This document shows positions 60,400 to 64,000 of a stretch of DNA of 64,000 nt, piece after piece (within the stretch, counting starts at the first letter, position 1; each line of letters opens with the position of its first letter). A model generated the notes under the pieces. That model saw nothing but the letters and a program-made list of their open reading frames with translations. It did no database searches and had not been told where the DNA came from. The DNA comes from Vicugna vicugna (Eukaryota): assembly GCA_013265495.1 (NCBI GenBank), contig MU058645.1, positions 248,001-312,000 of the forward strand, written 5' to 3'. The position numbers were made by a program, and so were the translations under genes.

Positions 60400-62455
60400 A
60401 GATATCTAATTCAAACAGAGAGAATCCAATAGAGTAAGCATGGCATAAAGAAGCTGAGAGGCTGTTAAGAGACTGTGGCAATCTCATTTGGCTTGGAGGA
60501 CAAATATTGGAGTTCAAGGTTTACTATGTATAAAAGTAAGCTAAATACTCCAGATTTTGGGGGGAATTCCCAATACTTACAGCCTAAGAGAAATTTTGAG
60601 CCTGATATTGATGAGCCACAATAATTGAAGTCATAAACTTAATCAATTTCATTTCTGATAACACAAAATGTATCGTATATGTATTGCCCACCAGAAGCAG
60701 AACTAAAGTATCTCTGGGGGAAAAGTTAAAGTATCTATGTTTGCTTTTCATGCATAATGTCCAGTTTCAAGAAAAAAATATCAAGCATACAAGAAGACAA
60801 GGCTTCACTCAATGCTACCACAAAGAAACAGATGATAGACTAAGAAATAAAGTTTCCACACACAGGTTTTACAGTAAGTATACTCAATAGGTTCAAAGAA
60901 TTAAGTGGCATGTTAGAGAACCTCAGCACAGTGTTGGAAACTGTATAATGCACTCAAATGAAAACACTTGAAATTAAAAGTGTAATTCCTCTCTCCTGCC
61001 CCAAACCCTTGAGGAGTACAGCAGTTTGGTTACAACTGGAATTAAATGAAGGAAAGCTGAGAAAGCCCAGTCACTTAGAGCTGAGTTCATATTACCTTTC
61101 AAGACTGGAGCTGGTCCAGGAGAACCACAAGCACCTTTGCTACTCCACCACGAGCTTAGCAACAAATGCCACAGTCCAGAGTGGAAGGATGTGGGGAGAG
61201 AGTCCTTCTGTGATTTAAGTTTGCAAACGTGGCTGAAATATGAGGATAGAGTGTGAATTCACAGAAAATCTCTTCATCACTGAAGGTGCCACAGTAGACA
61301 CAAGGTGAATCAAACCATCACTGGAGGAATTGGAAGTCTGTGGTGTTCTAAAAATGGTTACAGTAAAAAAGAAACTCAAACCCAACTCAATAATTAACTA
61401 GATTAACCAAGCAAAGGCCCAATGGAGAGTAAGCACACTTTATCTCAAGTCTCTCCTATTCATCTACACATAGTGTTGGCATTAGATTAAAAAAAAATTA
61501 TAGCACAAAAAAGGAGAAAAAGAAATAAAAAAGAAACACTGTCAAAAGGTAAAACCATCAACAGAACAAGATCCAGGAATGAGAAAGGAGTCAGAATCAC
61601 CTGATAAAGAAAATTACTGTGATTAATATGATTTAAAAAATCTAGTAGAGAATGTAAACAACACTCATGGAAAGGACTTTTTTTAAAAAAAGGGATAAAT
61701 TAAAATGGAAAATTTATAAACAAAATGCTGAAAGAGACACAATATCAGAAATTAAAAATCTTTCTGTCAACTTAGTAGCAAATTAGAAACAGGTAAATAA
61801 TAATCCAGTCAATTCAAAAATAGATCAATAAGTTTTACCCAAATTAAAAGAAAATAAAGGTAAGGTGAAATTTTAAAAAAGAAGAAAAAGGAGGAGGAAG
61901 GGGAGAAGGAAAAGAAGAAGAAAGAAAGTAGAAGAAAACACCACCAGAGAGCACTGGGAGAGTAACAGAGTCCAACACATGTATAATTGGAACCCCTCGC
62001 CTGAAAGGGAAAAAAAAAAAAAAAGCTAGAATGGGGCGTGTATAATACAAGAAAAATAATAGCAGAGAATTTTCCAAAATTAATGAAAGACAACAAACCA
62101 TAAATCCAAGAAACTCAGAAGTTCCCAAGCCAATGGAATATTGGGAAAAGAATCAGAAAACAAAAAGTCTAGGCATTATAACCAAACTTTGCAAACCAAA
62201 GGTAAATAAAAACAATCAGAAATGCAGGCAGAGTAAAAAGGAAATATGACATAAAGAGGAGCAAAAACAAAACAAAATAAAGAAGGAATTGAGCACACTG
62301 CACATCTGAGAGTAGGCAAATCAGAAGACAATGGAGTTGGCATCTTTAAAATACTTAAAGAACAAAACTAACAACCAGTAATTCTTTGCTCAGTGAAAAT
62401 ATCCTTTATATTATTTGCAGAAACCCTTCTATGAAGAATAGAAATAAACACATAA
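60400..62455 (+). mobile_element. Old LINE-1 5' UTR/ORF1 fragments (L1M)
   Basis: ORF1 motifs AATAATAGCAGAGAATTTTCCAAAATTAATGAAAGACAACAAACCATAAATCCAAGAAACTCAG and CAGAAGACAATGGAGTTGGCATCTTTAAAATACT. GA-rich low-complexity stretch at 61876-61937. Confidence 0.75.
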
Positions 62456-63065
62456 GGCATGCTCAGCATGATTAAGTCTATAAGGAAATGCAAGTCAGAT
62501 TCACAATGAGATATTACTACGCCCTCACTAGAAAGCCTAACATTAAAAATTATAAATGAGCCACATTTATTTTTGTCATAACAGCAAGTGATTAGGCTAC
62601 AAAATAACTGGAATTTGTGTATATTTCTTGAGGAAATGCAAAATGGTGATGTCATTTTGGGAAACATACAATTAACACTGAAGCAATATTGTCATCTTAA
62701 ATATTTACCTAAGGGAAAATTTTTATAAATCTTCAAAAAATGTGTACACAAATGTTTATAGGATCTATATTTATAATAGCTGAAAAAATGAAAATATCCA
62801 CTAAGTTATGAATAAACAAAATATAGTGTGTAAGTGCTAAAAATAAGTCTTCTATTAATTTACAAATACTGTGATGCATCCATACAGTGAAATAAAACTC
62901 AGCATTAAAACATTTTATATAAAATAAATAAGCCACAAGGATATATTATACAGCATGTCAATATTTTATAACTTTAAGTGAAGTAACCTATTAAAATATT
63001 AAGTACATTGTATACTTTGAACTAATATAATATTGTAAATTTACTATACTTCAATAAAAAATTAA
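62456..63065 (+). mobile_element. Old LINE-1 ORF2 end and 3' UTR
   Basis: AGGAAATGCAAGTC...CACAATGAGATATTACTAC...AATGCAAAATGGTG...AAATGTTTATAG. Confidence 0.7.
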
Positions 63066-63069
63066 TAAA

Positions 63070-63890
63070 TGACTGAAACATAAAAAAAAGAAAGAATGGA
63101 TCGCAAAAGCATCTTACAGACACACACACAAAAAAACTTACAAAAGATATGATTCCACTTAAAAGACATTCTGAACAAATGAATCTGTAACAAAAGTCAG
63201 ATCTGTGGCTGCCAGGGCTGGTTGTTGGAGACAGTGGGGACAGACAGCAAGAAGTGTGGTAGGATGAATAATGGTCCCCAAAGATGAACAATTCCTAATT
63301 CCCAGGATTGTGGATGATACCTTGTGGAGCAAAAGGGACTTTGCAAATGTCATTAAATTAAGAATCTTGATACGGAAAGATTTTCTAGGATTATCAAGAT
63401 GGGCCAGCTAATCACAAGGGTCTTCTTAAGAGGGATGTGGAAAGAGTCACAGCAAGAGGGAGAAAGCAATTTAATAAAGGAAGCAAAAACTAGAGTGATG
63501 CAGCAGTGAGTCAGGGAGCGAAGAAGTGCCAGAAGTCTCCAGAAGCTTGAAGAAGCAAGGAATGTGTTCTCCCTTGAAGAAGGAAGCACTCCGCTGACAC
63601 CTTAATTTTAACCCCTTGAGAATAACTTCTGACTTCTGACACCCAGGACAGTGAGAGGATAAGCCTGCCTTTTTAACCGCTTACTTTGTGGCGATTTGTT
63701 ACAGCAGCAATAGCACACTAATGCATGCGGCCATGAGGACACTTTTTGAATAGATTAATATGCGTTTATACTTTTAACTGTGATAGAATGCTGTGATTGC
63801 ACATTGTGAATGCTCATCACACTGAACACCTAAAAAAAGGAGAATTTACTTTATGAAATAACACCATAATAAATCTAACTCAAAAAAAAA
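63070..63890 (+). mobile_element. LINE-1 3' UTR (L1MB/MD-like) split by the MLT1 LTR
   Basis: ATGATTCCACTTA...AGATCTGTGGCTGCCAGGG on the left continues as CATGAGGACACTTTTTG...AATTTACTTTATG...AATAAA and an A tail on the right. Confidence 0.7.
63255..63725 (+). mobile_element. MaLR solo LTR, MLT1C/D-like, full length
   Basis: TGTGGTAGGATGAATAATGGTCCCCAAAGATG...GCAAAAGGGACTTTGCAAATGT...GCTGACACCTTAATTTTA...TTTGTTACAGCAGCAATAGCACACTAATGCA. Confidence 0.9.
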
Positions 63891-64000
63891 GGAAAAAGAC
63901 ATACTGCGTAAATTATAATCATATAATTGCTAGAGTGTCTATATTAACATCAAACTAACTAAATTTCTGAACAAGAAATATTACCAGAAATAGAGATTTT

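Overview
This is mammalian (eutherian) nuclear DNA, AT-rich and dominated by repeats. It is most likely a camelid (Vicugna/Lama/Camelus), because it carries a Vic-1-type tRNA-derived SINE at 51527-51657. I could not support any host protein-coding gene, RNA gene or CRISPR array, so the window reads as intergenic or deep-intronic. Recognisable content is old and young LINE-1 pieces, L2, MIR, MaLR (MLT1) LTRs, a MER82-type Tigger element and two class III (ERVL-type) endogenous retrovirus remnants. One is a + strand gag-pro-pol(-env?) provirus at about 10.65-14.7 kb; the other is a - strand LTR41-like LTR with PBS and gag at 48.3-50.07 kb. The best-supported unusual structure is an L1-mediated 3' transduction with a 15-bp target-site duplication inside the first provirus. 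Repeat family names come from my recollection of consensus sequences and need Dfam/RepeatMasker confirmation. Boundaries of old repeats are approximate. I found no convincing novel biological system; the regulatory and exon candidates are motif-level only.
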